A stretch of DNA of 64,000 nt from Geosiphon pyriformis uo1 (taxonomy: Eukaryota > Fungi > Glomeromycota), in assembly GCA_016748015.1 (NCBI GenBank), contig JAAOMT010000012.1:62001-126000 (forward strand), given 5' to 3'. Positions within the stretch are counted from its first letter, which is position 1. Every line of letters begins with the position of its first letter. The position numbers were made by a program, and so were the translations under genes. The notes beneath the pieces are model-generated. The model saw only the letters and a list, made by a program, of their open reading frames with translations. It was not told where the DNA came from and searched no databases. Of the stretch, positions 50,203-63,473 are shown in pieces.

Positions 50203-50796
50203 ATGTCAAACTCTCAAAAAGCACCAGGCCAACAAGCATCAGGCCAACAGCCACAAACACCCGAAGCTCAACTACAGCAGTATTTTAATGCTATTGATGT
50301 GGATCGAACCAACTGTCTTAGTCCAGCCGAACTTCAACGCGCGTTGGTTTTAAACTGTGATGGGTCCACATTTAATTTCGATACTATACAGCTTCTATTC
50401 AACATGTTTGATTCAGACCGAAGTGGAACCATACATTTTCAGGAATTCTCGAGCCTTTGGCGATATATTGAGGACTGGAAAAAGATATTCGTGGCTTTTG
50501 ATCGAGATAATAGTGGATTCATTGACCCAAATGAATTAAAATCTGCTTTGCTCGCTTTTGGTTTTAACATTAGTGATCGTCTTATACAAATTTTTGTGAG
50601 AAAATATAAAATTAGGCATGGTGGAGTGCAGAAGCATGCACCTATGACCTATTCGGTAAATTTTGATAATTTCGTTCAGATTTGCGTAAGTATAAAAACA
50701 ATGACTCAAACATTTCGAGCTATCGACAACGATAGTGATGGCTGGGCAAAGATTAACTACGAGCAAATGTTGGAACTTATTCTGAAAAACCTGTAA
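50203..50796 (+). CDS. PEF1: Penta-EF-hand Ca2+-binding protein (Pef1/ALG-2/peflin-like), intronless
   Basis: EF loops DVDRTNCLSPAEL, DSDRSGTIHFQEF, DRDNSGFIDPNEL and DNDSDGWAKINYEQ. Confidence 0.88.
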   Translation: MSNSQKAPGQQASGQQPQTPEAQLQQYFNAIDVDRTNCLSPAELQRALVLNCDGSTFNFDTIQLLFNMFDSDRSGTIHFQEFSSLWRYIEDWKKIFVAFDRDNSGFIDPNELKSALLAFGFNISDRLIQIFVRKYKIRHGGVQKHAPMTYSVNFDNFVQICVSIKTMTQTFRAIDNDSDGWAKINYEQMLELILKNL

Positions 50797-51034
50797 CAGA
50801 CATTATATTAACAGTTAAGAAATATATCCATGAAATAATAACTGTTCAAAAACAAGAGTGGAATAAAATTAGTATGAATATTAGATTAAACATTTGAAAC
50901 AGATCTTCCCCCGTAAGCATTTTGAGTTCTCTCAAGATTATGCCTAATCCTAGAATTGAGATAGGGAATATATATATATATATCACTCCGAAAAGGTATC
51001 AATATAAATTCAATGAAATACCTTCAGGCTTCTT

Positions 51035-52485
51035 TTACTCGTAGACATCGTGGGTACATTTAAAATGCTTTTCATCTGATGTAGTATAAACAAGTCCCTC
51101 TTGCAACAAGTACTCCATGGCCTCTCTTTAAAAAAAAAAGAAAGATACTAATTTAGATTTTAAATGAGAATTGAGTAGTTTCAAACACCCTAAAATGTAA
51201 CTTACACGACAGTTTTCTGACCATATTTCAGTTTCAAATCCGTAAAGTCATTAATAGATATTCCACCTTCAAGATCAGGCGTGTATTGATAGTTTTTGGA
51301 ACTTGAGGCTAAAAATGTTAGGATATCTTGATGTAAATTTGATAAGTTTGAGGGAAATCGGTCATCCCCAGCATTCCCGGTGTCTTCATATGCATTGGCA
51401 GAGTCTATATTGCTAAACTGATTCTTTGTTCGAGTTGGTGTATGGCTGGTATCAAATAAGCCTGATGAGGGAACCTTCCATGATAAAAATTTAAAAAAAT
51501 CTTTAAATCTTTTTGAACTTTTGGAATAAAAATTCAATAAAATATGTCACAATTACCATAGGAGTTTTAATATGATACAGATGAGAATGAACAACTTCTA
51601 AGAAATGGGTAGTGATTTCGTTAAAATCTTCAATAGGACGTATGTGAAATTGGGTTATCACAGGTTTGTTTTGAAAGAGTTTAATACTTCCAAAGAGTCG
51701 GACGTAGGTATTTGCTCTGAAGAATTTTAAGCAAATCATATCAAAGTTTCGTAGCTTGAAATAATTGAAAAAAAGAATATAGAGAATTTTACTGGAATTC
51801 CGGAGTCGTCTCGCTTTCAGGATCTTCGTTGTTAGACCAAACTCTGACTTCAATTGATCCCGTTCCGTCCTCCATTACATAGTTGACGTAAGCTGATTGC
51901 TCGGTGACACTCCTGATAGTCGCCACAAAGGTGATCTTAATGAATGGGGCAAGCAATAAAAAAATATCGCAATTATGAGAGATTGGGAAACGTAATGGAA
52001 GAAAAGTAGATATAATGAGAATTTCTAAAAGGGTAAAACCAACGTTAGAAATATCCTGTCCATCCAATTGTATTTGATCATTGTTTGAAGCTTCCACTGA
52101 CAGGATTTGTTTAATGCTAACTGGCCGAAGTGATTGCCTTGTGTCTTTTCCTGAAGTTTGCTAATCACGAAGGATCAAAATTCATCTTGAGAATTTATAT
52201 AAATAAGAAGAAATTTTACATATACTGAAGAAATTTATACAAACCTGACGACCTGAACTAAAGCCACCAGGCGAGAAGGAATTTGCACCGGGAGACACCC
52301 AACCACCACCTCCATAAATCCCGGAATCAGAACTAAAAGAGTTATTCCCCCCTCCATAACCTCCATAATTGGGACCGTAACCTGTGTTCGTTGAAATGCG
52401 TGTGTGTTTCGAGTTAAAATTTAAAGTTTGAAGGCTATGTAACTGTTCTAAGCCTTTTTCAAAACTATTTTTTCTTGCCTGACAT
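51035..52485 (-). CDS. RFA2: Replication protein A 32-kDa subunit, multi-exon
   Basis: Gly/Ser-rich N-terminus, SLRPVSIKQI, MEDGTGSIEVRVW, IRPIEDFNEITTHFLE and winged-helix EGLVYTTSDEKHFK. Confidence 0.9.
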
Positions 52486-52904
52486 CTTTGACTTTTTTTT
52501 AATATTGCTGAGATCAAAGGTAGTAAAATTGAAATCTTTTCTGTAAAACTGTAGAAAGCTAGTTAGGTTTCGGGTTTGAGAACTATATTGAACGCGACCT
52601 CATTCCATCAATTTTCATTGGTTGGAAAATTGTGATTGGTTTCAAAGGCACGTGATTTGAAGTATTATTCATTTTGTAAATTAAGTATTTTTTTATTTAT
52701 TAAAAGCCTAAAACGATCTCGGGTTTTTAACCATATATTTCTTCTGAACAAGAAGAGAATTAAACCTATTTTTTGAGTTTCAATTTTGTCAATTTAGATT
52801 AGATATGAGATTTTCCGCGTTGTTATTAGATCTTTGGAATATCTTAAAACTCTGATTACAGAATGAACCCAAAGTTTAGATAAATCTCTATTCCTTGCAA
52901 TTAT

Positions 52905-54975
52905 TCAATCATTAGCACATTCCAATTTGTAATTTTTAGGTATTTGGCTTTCTAAAATCTGGAGAAAAGCTTGTAGAGTGCACAAAGACCTATCATCCTT
53001 ATGGTGTTGCCCTGATTGTTGACATTCCACCAATTCAATTTCCTTGTCGTTATATTTCATTCGTACAAAGTGATTTTCTGTTGGATTTTTATTGAAAAAT
53101 CTCCACAAAATATTAGGCTTCGATGACATATCCTCAAATAATTCAAATGTAATATTTGAACCGAAAGGTGGCCATCTAATTCAAATGAAAATGAGATAAT
53201 TTTAATTCATATCATCAATTATGATGGCAAAATTCGAATATAAGTAAGGAAGCAAATCATACCGCTCATCAAAAGCTTTCATTGCCACTAGCAATGTTCC
53301 CAATGAGTTATCGTGTCCACTATAAATTGAAAGCTTATGGTCTTTTGCTTCAGGTGAGCGATTAACCTTTGCTAGAATTTGATCTCTGAATTCAGCCAAA
53401 AGCCGCCCGATTCCTAATCGGCGCATTTCAGCGTTTTGTTTATAACTGTTTTTAGTTTTCTCGTAAAAAGCGAGAGTAGTTTTATTAATAACAAAACTTG
53501 TTTATTGGTTAAATAAATAAACGAATATCTCAAAAACTTGAAAAAAAGTATCCCACCCATCAAACCATTCGCCAACCGTGACTTGCTCCAAATCTCGAAT
53601 CACTTCCGGTGTAAACTCGGCCGGAATCGGAATGTTATGATACTGTGCTATAATTCAGGATATTTATGTATTAGGACAGCTTTTAAACACAATGGTTTTT
53701 GGGATTCTAACAAGACCTGACCAAACCTGCAAGGATTGTATCTAATCGCAAAAATAAACAATATTTAAAATTCAGAAAAATTTCAAGTTTAAGAAAATTC
53801 AAATCATAATCACTCACCAAAAATCCCGTTGCTGGAAGGCTTTGAATGGATTCTAACTTCTTTTACGAATGGTTTTAGTTTTTCAGATAATTTGTCCAAC
53901 TTTTCCTTATATACCAGTTCAGCACGTTTTTTGAATTCAATCATAAGGAGATTCAATTTTGGGCAGCCCCAATTCGGAAATATATCTTCATCAATATGAT
54001 GACTAAATTTTTTCCCCAATAAAAGTTAATAAAGACATTTTTCTTATTCGAATAATCATTAAACGAAGGGTTTATATCTTACCGAATATGTATATTGAGG
54101 GTTATTGGATGATGAGAAAATGAGGATGGATACAAACCACCAACAAAAAGTTGCTGCAATGACTCGATCGTTCTCGGAATTTCAGAAGATCTCAGATAGA
54201 AAGCTTTATCATTGATAATTTCAGGATCTAAGAATTTTAGCCTATCATGAAATTCAAATTGTTTCAATATACGTCTTAAGAAGGTGTTTAAGACGAATTC
54301 ACTCACTTGTCTATATATAGAGTGCGCAAATTCTTCCCTAAAGCAACCATTGTTTGTCGCCCTTTGTCAGTTAGCTAGAAAAAATAGAATTTAGAAAGGA
54401 AAATCAACATTTAATATCTTTGAAACAAAAAAAAAATGGATAAAGCAGAAATTAGATAACAAACCTGTCCATAAAAGCTTCGGAACACACATTAAAAAAA
54501 GGGAAAAAGTTAGGACGGAAGCCAAATAAAGTAATTTTGAAAAAGTTTACCATGCTCCAGGTGGTTCTTGAACTGGCCGGTCAGACTCTGTGGTGGTCTC
54601 GAACACACGCCGATAAGAAAAGTTTTGAAGGTTAGGAGGACTTTTTGCTGGTTCTTCAGTAGGGGAAGTTATAAGTAGTCCAGTAGACTTCCCGTTGAGA
54701 AGTAAGACGCTACTTTGAAACTTTTGAACCGCCTCACACAAGTTCCATACCGGAGGAATAAATTTTTCAAGCCGTCTTGCTACAGGAGTTCGTTCACCTT
54801 TGAAAGTTTAAAGAAGAAAAGGGCTTCTAATTTGAGGAAGACTGTGAGTTAAAAAAAATCATAATAATAAAGAGATTTTGAAAAGAGTACCATGTCTGTG
54901 TATCACTTGGACAAGTTTCAATTTTAGGTGGTCAGGGTAAAGACGATTTATTATCTCGTTGTTGTTGGAAACCAT
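52905..54975 (-). CDS. Histidine acid phosphatase, ACP6/lysophosphatidic acid phosphatase-like, multi-exon
   Basis: Spliced RHGERTP, GQLTDKG, RSSEIPRTIESLQ, YSGHDNSL and WPPFGSNITFELF. Confidence 0.88.
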
Positions 54976-55644
54976 TGTTAGTGTGAATTCATTATCTACA
55001 AGACGGCAAGTTTATATGATCAACAAATTTTTCGAAAAAGGAAATATGTAATATTGATTTGATCGATTTTAAGTTTATTTTCAAAAATTGAAAATTATAT
55101 ATATATATATATATATCTAATTAATACTTTGTCGAGAAGAGAGGCATCGAATTTCTCACATTACGTGGGTCTTAAGAAAGACTTTATGTTTTTGGATATA
55201 GTTCTTCACACAGCTTCCAAATGTTCTCAATTGGGTTCAGGGCTGCCAGTTAATAGTGGTAATTTTATTTTCCGTTAGATTTTTTTGATTTTCTCGCAAT
55301 ATGAATCGAGGCGTTATATCGCTGAAAAATTGCGTAACTTCGAGTTAACACGTGTATTGTGTTCTTGAAATAGTGACAAGTTGTTTTGGATTTTATTCAT
55401 CAGAAAATATTTTAATCCTCTCCACTTTTTAAAGTAGGCCCTAAGCGATTAGCATTAAATTTCTTAAATTATTTAATTATGTAAACATGTAATCAACTTA
55501 AAAGTTTAAAGTTTAAATTAAATGATGGGGCACCACAATTGTGAAAAAATGCTGCATTGTTTTGTAATATAAAAATTTTTTCAAAGGATATGTATACCCA
55601 TAAATTCTAATATTATACACAATAATAATTAACTTTGCATCTGA

Positions 55645-57999
55645 ATGTTTCTTACGAAGCCCATGGCTATTCGAATCTTTCTTATCTTTAGTAGTTTCTT
55701 GTTATTATATATTTTTTTTCAAATACCACGTGAAGTTTCTTCTTTCGAGATAATAGAACATATTGGCTCGAAGAAACCATACCCTATCTTGTCAGAGAGG
55801 GAAGATGAAGTTGAATCCCCTGACGGTTATCATTTAATTCAGGTGCATTTGATTTCGCGTCATGGTAATTGTTAATTATTCAAAAGAAAAATTTCAATTT
55901 CAATTTTATTAGTTAGAAAATTTTAATGAGAAATGAAAGTATATATTCTCTTATTTGAAAAAATATATCATATCATTTAATATCTGAGATAATATCTCAT
56001 TTTTATTTACTCAACTTCTAATTCCGTCTATCAAATATCTATCATATGTAAAAAATGTTTAATCATTTGCAAATCAAAAGGCGCACGAAACCCGATTACA
56101 AGTGATGTTTTTCGATTTGACGCACTACAATGGTTATTTGCCAATTGTTCTCGGGTTGGTGAAGAAACCAAGTGGATTAAGAGTTGGGTAGGATAAATTT
56201 TGATTTATTTTATGGGACAAAATTAGATCAAATGAAGGTAATAGAGGGAGTGCTATGTGTACATTTGAAAATATTGATCCAAATAACAAAAAATTTTATA
56301 AATGATTTAAAAAGAAATGTCATCAACTCTTTATCTCTTAAATCATGACAAATTTCTTTTTTATTCTTTAAAAATCTAATATTTTTGTTTTAATATTATC
56401 GTCATCTTTCTGACCTTAACAGAAAAATCCATTCACCGAATTTACAGCCGGATTACTTTCCCATAACGGTGAACACGAACTTTATCTAATGGGCAAAAGA
56501 GCTAGTACACGTTATCGAAAATTCTGGGGAAATTTTACCTATCATTCAAACTTTGTCGATTTTAAAAGTTCTGCTGTTTCAAGGTATAAATTATACACTT
56601 TTTTTTTTTTGGTAACCGAGTTTTATCTTAGTCTCTGGGGTACTTTTGGTTTTTGAATCGTCCATTGTTTATCGGTCATCAAGATCCGGTCAATCGGGAT
56701 CAGCTTTTGCACTTGGATTATTTGAAGGCCATGGATCGCTTGGGAAAGCCTCTTTACAACCTGTGTATATACGTACTGAACCGAAAGTAAGCTGAAATTA
56801 TTATTTTACTAGAGTGTATATTGAAATTTTCATAGATGAATAAGTGAGAAGAAATTTAATTAATCTAGAGAAATCATATTTCAATCTATTAAAAATTTTT
56901 CTAATTCATTCATTCATTCAAAAGGGTCTCGATCAAGAATTAGCCATGAAACATGCATGTCCATTATGGCTCACAACAGTCGCGAAATCTAAAAAACTTG
57001 AACTCGAAAAATCAAGATACTTGGATGAAAAAATATCTCCTATTGCACGTCGAATTACCGAAAAATTAGGTATCACACCACCACTTGAACCGATTCATGT
57101 AGATTATATAAATCGAGCTTGTGTATTTGAGGTCTCGTTCTTTCGAAATACTTCCACTTGGTGTAGTTTATTAACGAAAGATGAGATATTGACATTGGAG
57201 TATTTAACGGATATGGAACATTATTATACATATTCATATGGGAATAGTCTAAATTCGAAAATGGCTTGTAAATTGATTAATAATCTTATAGAGACAGTGG
57301 ATGAGGCTTTGGAAGGGGGATCCCAGGTGAAGAGTGTTTTGAAATTTGGTCATGCTGAAACTATTTATTTCTTGATGACAGCATTGGTAAGTGGGGGACT
57401 GATAAATTAAAATACTTTTTTTTAATCAAACAAATCATACTAATATCATTATATAAATATATTAGGGATTATATGAAGATGATCATGACCTAAAAGCTGA
57501 TAGTCCATCTGATCAAATCGCATCACGTAAATTTCGTACTAGTGAAATATCACCATTTGCCGCGAACGTTTATTTTGAGATATATCAATATTCTTTGAAG
57601 GAAAAATTAAAACCGAGATCAGAAGGATTATTAAAAGGAATTACTACCACCAATACCAATACCACCACTACCACTACCACTACCACTACCACTACCACTA
57701 CCACTACCACTACCACTACCACTACCACTACCACTACCACTAACACCACCACCACATCTAAAAATCATTTAGTTGACCCATTAATTCGATTATTATTCAA
57801 TGAGATACCAATCATAATTCCCGGTTGCGAAACATTATATTGTCCATGGTCTCGATTTAAACATTTAATGCAACCGGTGATTGGTTGTGATTTTCAAGAG
57901 ATTTGTCGAGTTTCATCAAAATCAAGGCATTTAAAGCCAAAGTTTAAGATTGCTGGTGGAGTAAAGATTATATTGGATGAATCGAATTCTGAAATGTAA
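55645..57999 (+). CDS. Multiple inositol polyphosphate phosphatase (MINPP1)/histidine-acid phytase-like protein with N-terminal signal/TM segment
   Basis: Spliced RHGARNP, SRSGQSGSAFALGLF, FGHAETI (HAE typical of MINPP), FRTSEISPFAAN and IRLLFNE. Confidence 0.88.
57643..57755 (+). repeat. (ACCACT)n microsatellite encoding a poly-Thr tract
   Basis: Direct read; in frame within the last exon of the MINPP-like gene. Confidence 0.9.
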
Positions 58000-58194
58000 A
58001 GAATTCGTGAATTTTGAATTTTGAATTTTGAATTTTGTCTATATTTATATATACACACATAAATAGAACATGTATTATTGTATCAAACTAACTAAAAATA
58101 ATAATTTATTTATTTTTAAAAAAATTAATTCCTTGTATTCTATTTTAAATTTTTAAAAAAGATTTTTTTATAAATGTTAAAAAAAATATACGCA

Positions 58195-58249
<55 letters not shown>

Positions 58250-59176
58250 TATTAATTTAAGAATATATCGTTTTAACATTCTATTTATTCTACAAAATTC
58301 TAGTGACAGAAAAATTGTTAAAAACAAGATTTCAATCAAACAGTTATTTTTTGAGCTCTTATATTTTTCAATGCGTTTTACGCTTAAACATGTTTTACAG
58401 CCTAGTATAAATCTTTGATGGTTTTTTCAAAAAACGTTGATTATTTTTAAGCATTTGTTTTTTTATTTTTTAATTCTCATATAGGATGAGAATAAAAATA
58501 ATATATTAACAATATATTTAAATATAAAAATAATATATAATACTTTTTAAAAATGAAAATTTGGGTAATTTTTGATAAAAAAGCTAAAAGAGTTTCACAA
58601 CAGATATTGTTTATCCTCTGTCTTTTACAAATATTTTAATCTTTCAAAATCTAGCTATAAATAGTTGCACTAAACCTCCTTCCAAAAATTTACAATAGGA
58701 ATTCTTGGTAACATAAAAATAATAATAATAATAATATTCAAATTGTCCATACAATATTTTTGTGTCTAATAAATACAAATTATCTACATGTCCCACAATT
58801 TTACAAATTACGCTTATAAAAATTGTTTAAAAAAAAACCTCCATATCCCCAACTTAAATCAAACTCAATCCAAATCACAACTCAAAAAATCAAACTGTCT
58901 TTTGATAAAAATCGTTTGGATCTCGAGGAAAATGACCAAGAATTGACACAAGATGATCGAGTACTGTATTCATCAGACCTAACGCAGATAAGTTCAGCGC
59001 TTTCACGAGCAAATTATTTGCCTCCCAAACATATTTCATCATCATGCTCTAAATCATGTAAGCGAACCTTTTGCCCAAAATTTGTTGTTTTGTTATTATC
59101 ATTATCGATCTTGCACGCATCTTTGGAATTATATTTCCGGTCATAATAAAATCATCTCCCAGCCAAAGTCTCTTTA

Positions 59177-60343
59177 TTAGACGATTTCAATAATTTCCTC
59201 GTCAACATCTTCTCTAGTGTTACTCCTTTGTCTCTTACACACTCTAAATTCTTCCTTCACCTCATCTAACTCTCGTTTCAACAATGCCTTTTCCCTCATC
59301 AAAACGTCATTCTCGCGGCTCAGTAACTGCATTTCATGTCTTAACGTCTCTAATTCTTTTCGTGCATGTTCTAAGTCGGTATTGGCGATTAGACTGGATC
59401 GTTCTTGTGTGACACACATATATTCTTGACGATCAAAATGTTGTTTGATAATTCTGAGAAGTTCCGAAGTGGTGAATCGTGGAATTGTCTCTGGAGTTGG
59501 ATTTTGATAGTATTTATATTGATATGAAAGTTGATTTTGTGATTTCGACGTCGATGAAGATGGATGAGATATTGTGTGATACAATGATCCTCGAGATAAT
59601 GACGAGGGGGATGAACATGTTCGTTGGCGTGGGCTTGGAGGTCTTTCGGCTTCCGTTTCACGTGTTGATTTAGGTGATGTGGGAACGGTCATGAAATCTC
59701 CTGAACTGGATTCTATCTTTGTATCCATTTCATCAGAGACGAGAATTGGTATAGAATTGATCAAGTTTGGTTCCTCAGCGAATCGAACGTGACGATTTGA
59801 TGGGGATGGTGTTGATGTGTTTTCGTTATTAGTTTGATTATGAGGGGATGTTGAAGTAAGAGATGAGGAAAACTCAGTCGTTGATGTCATTACATCATTT
59901 AGTTTTATCGGTGAAAAGAATTGGGTAATCTTTTTAATTGTGGAGTTAGGAATATGTTGGTGAGTTGCCATTTTTCCTGCTGCTCGTTCTGACACAGTAT
60001 TAGGGGGGGTACCATTATTTGTACCGTCGAATAGAATAGAGTCACGAGGTGGGTTACCAGCCGGTAATTGAACATTTGACAAATCAACTTCTGGTACCCA
60101 TTCAAAATATTCACAACTTTGGCCATGCTCATGGCCAGCAAATCCCCCACATCCCCAGAAATATCTTCCAAAATTTTCGCCTTGTTTTTTGACGCGTCGC
60201 TTTACTGTTGGTCTGTTGCACCAACACTGTGGTGGTTCTATTGAGGTTGGCTTGGTTGGAAGGATGGAGATGTTAGTTGAGGAAAAAGTTGGTGAGCGAG
60301 CTGCCAAAGCATTTATGTTTGATTTTTCTGGTTGAGAATTCAT
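59177..60343 (-). CDS. GRF-type zinc-finger protein with disordered S/T-rich middle and C-terminal coiled coil, intronless
   Basis: CWC...VKKQGENFGRYFWGC...CEYFEW matches the zf-GRF pattern. Confidence 0.85.
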   Translation of the reverse strand: MNSQPEKSNINALAARSPTFSSTNISILPTKPTSIEPPQCWCNRPTVKRRVKKQGENFGRYFWGCGGFAGHEHGQSCEYFEWVPEVDLSNVQLPAGNPPRDSILFDGTNNGTPPNTVSERAAGKMATHQHIPNSTIKKITQFFSPIKLNDVMTSTTEFSSSLTSTSPHNQTNNENTSTPSPSNRHVRFAEEPNLINSIPILVSDEMDTKIESSSGDFMTVPTSPKSTRETEAERPPSPRQRTCSSPSSLSRGSLYHTISHPSSSTSKSQNQLSYQYKYYQNPTPETIPRFTTSELLRIIKQHFDRQEYMCVTQERSSLIANTDLEHARKELETLRHEMQLLSRENDVLMREKALLKRELDEVKEEFRVCKRQRSNTREDVDEEIIEIV

Positions 60344-60763
60344 TTTTTTTTTTTTTTAAAAAAAATTCAAGATATTAAAAATTCTAGTTAGAATATTTTT
60401 CATGTGATAGGGAAAAGTTCGCAAAGAAAAATGTGGATTTTTTTAATAATTTGGGTGAAAACCGAAACTAGTTTATATATAAATTCAAAAGCAAAATGTA
60501 CAATTAAATATAACCTCCAACAAAGGGTTTGATCCTGAATTCACAAAAAAAAAAAAAAATTAATTAATTAAACAAATAATGACGAAAAAAAAAAAAAAAA
60601 CTTTCTGAAGGAAAAGACGGCGAATGACGGTCCTTTTTATTAGCGTCGAAAAACTACGCGTCAAACTCAATCTGTTCAGTTACATACTATTTTTAGTTTG
60701 ATTTAAAGAATGATAGATCAATTATAAAAATTAAAACCAAGAAAACAGGAAATCGAACAAAAC

Positions 60764-60782
60764 CAGATAGACAGATAGACAA

Positions 60783-60829
<47 letters not shown>

Positions 60830-60836
60830 CACAGAC
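60764..60836. repeat. (GACA)n microsatellite
   Basis: Direct read. Confidence 0.95.
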
Positions 60837-61863
60837 ACACATACACATGTGAGTAAAGGCAAAGTCAATCAGCTGAGGGGGAATTTTCATGCCAAGTTAT
60901 TATTTTTGGGCGAAAAAATCATGTTCTTATCAAGCGAAATAACAAAAAACTTATGATTTCAATGTGTATCAAAAGAAAACATAATCAAATGTGCATGAGA
61001 AACGTCAAACTAACAAACAGGGATTAAGCTTTGACTGTGTGTGTGTGTCATGTTGTGTGTCAAAATTTTTCTCATACATAAAAATTTTAATTTAGCCAAT
61101 AAAATAGCAGTTAAAATAACGTAAAAATTTTGATTTGATTGTCCCTCAATGATTTTAAATAAAGCAAGATGATGATAAATGCCCCCTACCTTTGTCGGTC
61201 ATTTAAATTGGCACCTGTTAAAAAAGCTTTGTCAACTTATATGACCGTCCTGTTAGTATCTAATTTAATACATTATTTTATGACGAAAAAAATTATCATT
61301 TATGAAAAACAATAAATCTTTGGGATTCCCATTTACGGGTGATTAAAAGAACTATTCATATATATTTTGTGATAGAAAATTAGTCATTTTATGAATTTAT
61401 TATGATGAATATCATCAAAAAAAAAAAAAATTTTTTTTTTCTATTAAATTTATTTTATTTTTTGTAATTTACACACAATCTTTTCTTTAGTAAAAATATG
61501 TATGTTATGTATAAACCAATATTTTTTGACCGAAAAAAAAAATTTTCAACCTCATTAAAAATTATTTAAAACATTTTCGTTAAAAAAAGAAACAAATAAA
61601 AAAAGAAAAAAGATTTCGTTTTTTATCAGTAAAAATTAGATAAAATAATTAATATTATAATTTTTATAATGAAATATGCGTAAAATTATTTAAAAATCTT
61701 TTTAATTAATTAATAAATAAATTAAATTTTCATTATTTTTAAAAACAAAAAACAAAGTAATAATATTTTGTTTAAAATCTTTAAATAGAAATTAAAAATC
61801 ACTTATTTTAATATTGATTTCAATTTATGATTTAATAATATAATTGTTTTATTTGTTATTTGT

Positions 61864-61906
<43 letters not shown>

Positions 61907-63180
61907 TTTGTTTGTTTGTTTGTTTTTTTGTTTAATATTGATTTTATTTTTAAATATAATATATAATATAGTTAATTATATATATAAAAAAAACCTTAAA
62001 TTATATTTAATATAAAATATGTACATGTTAAATATATTTAAATAACAGTTATATTATATTATTGTGTAAACAATAAAATATATATATATATATATATATA
62101 ATATATAATATATAATTAATTTAATAAATAAAATTATTAAACAAAATATTTTATAAAATATTAATATTTTTGTTAACAAATAATAATAACAAATAATAAT
62201 AACAATAATATTATCAATAATTTCAGAATTTATAAATTAATACATATATGACTGATTATATTTAATAAAAAAATAAATTATAATATTAATCAACCAAAGT
62301 AGTTTTAAATATTGGTAAATTTTCTAGATATAATATATTATTTAGTATTACTTAATATTTCATTTGTTTTTAATCTTTGCAAATTTTAATTTTAATAATC
62401 TTTTTTTTTTTAAAAAGTATTATTAAACAAGACATTAACAATTAAATAATGTATTAATATAAAATAAAAAAAAAAGCAATTTCAATTAACAATAAAATAT
62501 AATGTTGTTGAATGCAAAACTTCTTGTCAAAAAATTTTAACCAAAATTCTCAAATATCATTTTGCATTCAAGCTTTCAAATTCTACTTGTAAGTAATGAG
62601 TAATGAACTGATATTTATGCTTTTGAAACAATGAGCCTTTGTATGTTCAACAATTACAAATGGTTTTAGTTTTTCTGTATCCGTGGCATTTAGTAAAAGG
62701 AGAATGGTAAAATAAGAAAAATGTGGCGATATTCTCTTGTCATGTTACAAATATTGTATTTTTTAGTACCGACATATTTCTTTACCCAACATATCAATTA
62801 TAGTGGCGCACTTTTTGTTTTTTTTTGGTACAGGTTGAGTAGATATTTGAAAAGAAATTGGTCGAGCAAAAACTTTTTTCACAACAGACCATTTTCAATT
62901 ATTTAATTTTTGATCGTCTGGATTTAATCACATATAATGTGAAATTTTGAATATTTACAAAGAACAAATCTATATTGGTAGGAATAGTAGCCATGTGAAA
63001 GGGAAGATCAGTGATCCTATGTTTTGGGACGTCATAACTGCAAAAATATTATTGGTCAATATTTACACGGGATTAAATCTGTAAATATTCTATAATTTTG
63101 ATCGGGTTTTGAAATTATTATTTTTAAAGCCAATGTTCTTATATAATGTGTTCTTAAAAAATGTAAAGAAAATTTAAGAA

Positions 63181-63384
63181 ATGACTACGATAACTTTATC
63201 CGATTCTATTGAGCCTATCCGTCAAAAGCAAAAGATCAAAAGATTATTGATAGGGACGACCGGTAGTGTGGCCAGTATCAAAGTTCCAGTATTGGTTAAA
63301 TTGTTAACTGAGGTAACTAACTATTATGATAATTATGATTGCTAAAGATTTGAATAAAATTTAATTTTATTATTATTATTATTA

Positions 63385-63473
<89 letters not shown>

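Noticed and set aside
54815-54885. AAAAGGGCTTCT...AAGAGATTT resembling U11 snRNA
   Set aside because: It is antisense to an intron, with no complementary closing stem and no Sm site; likely chance.
58823-59146. 107-aa plus-strand ORF
   Set aside because: No ATG start or motif; probably antisense to the 3' UTR of the GRF gene.
62790-62994. Possible tiny spliced minus-strand gene (MATIPTNIDLFF...) divergent from PPCDC
   Set aside because: Only ~36 aa, no recognisable homology and ambiguous splice sites.
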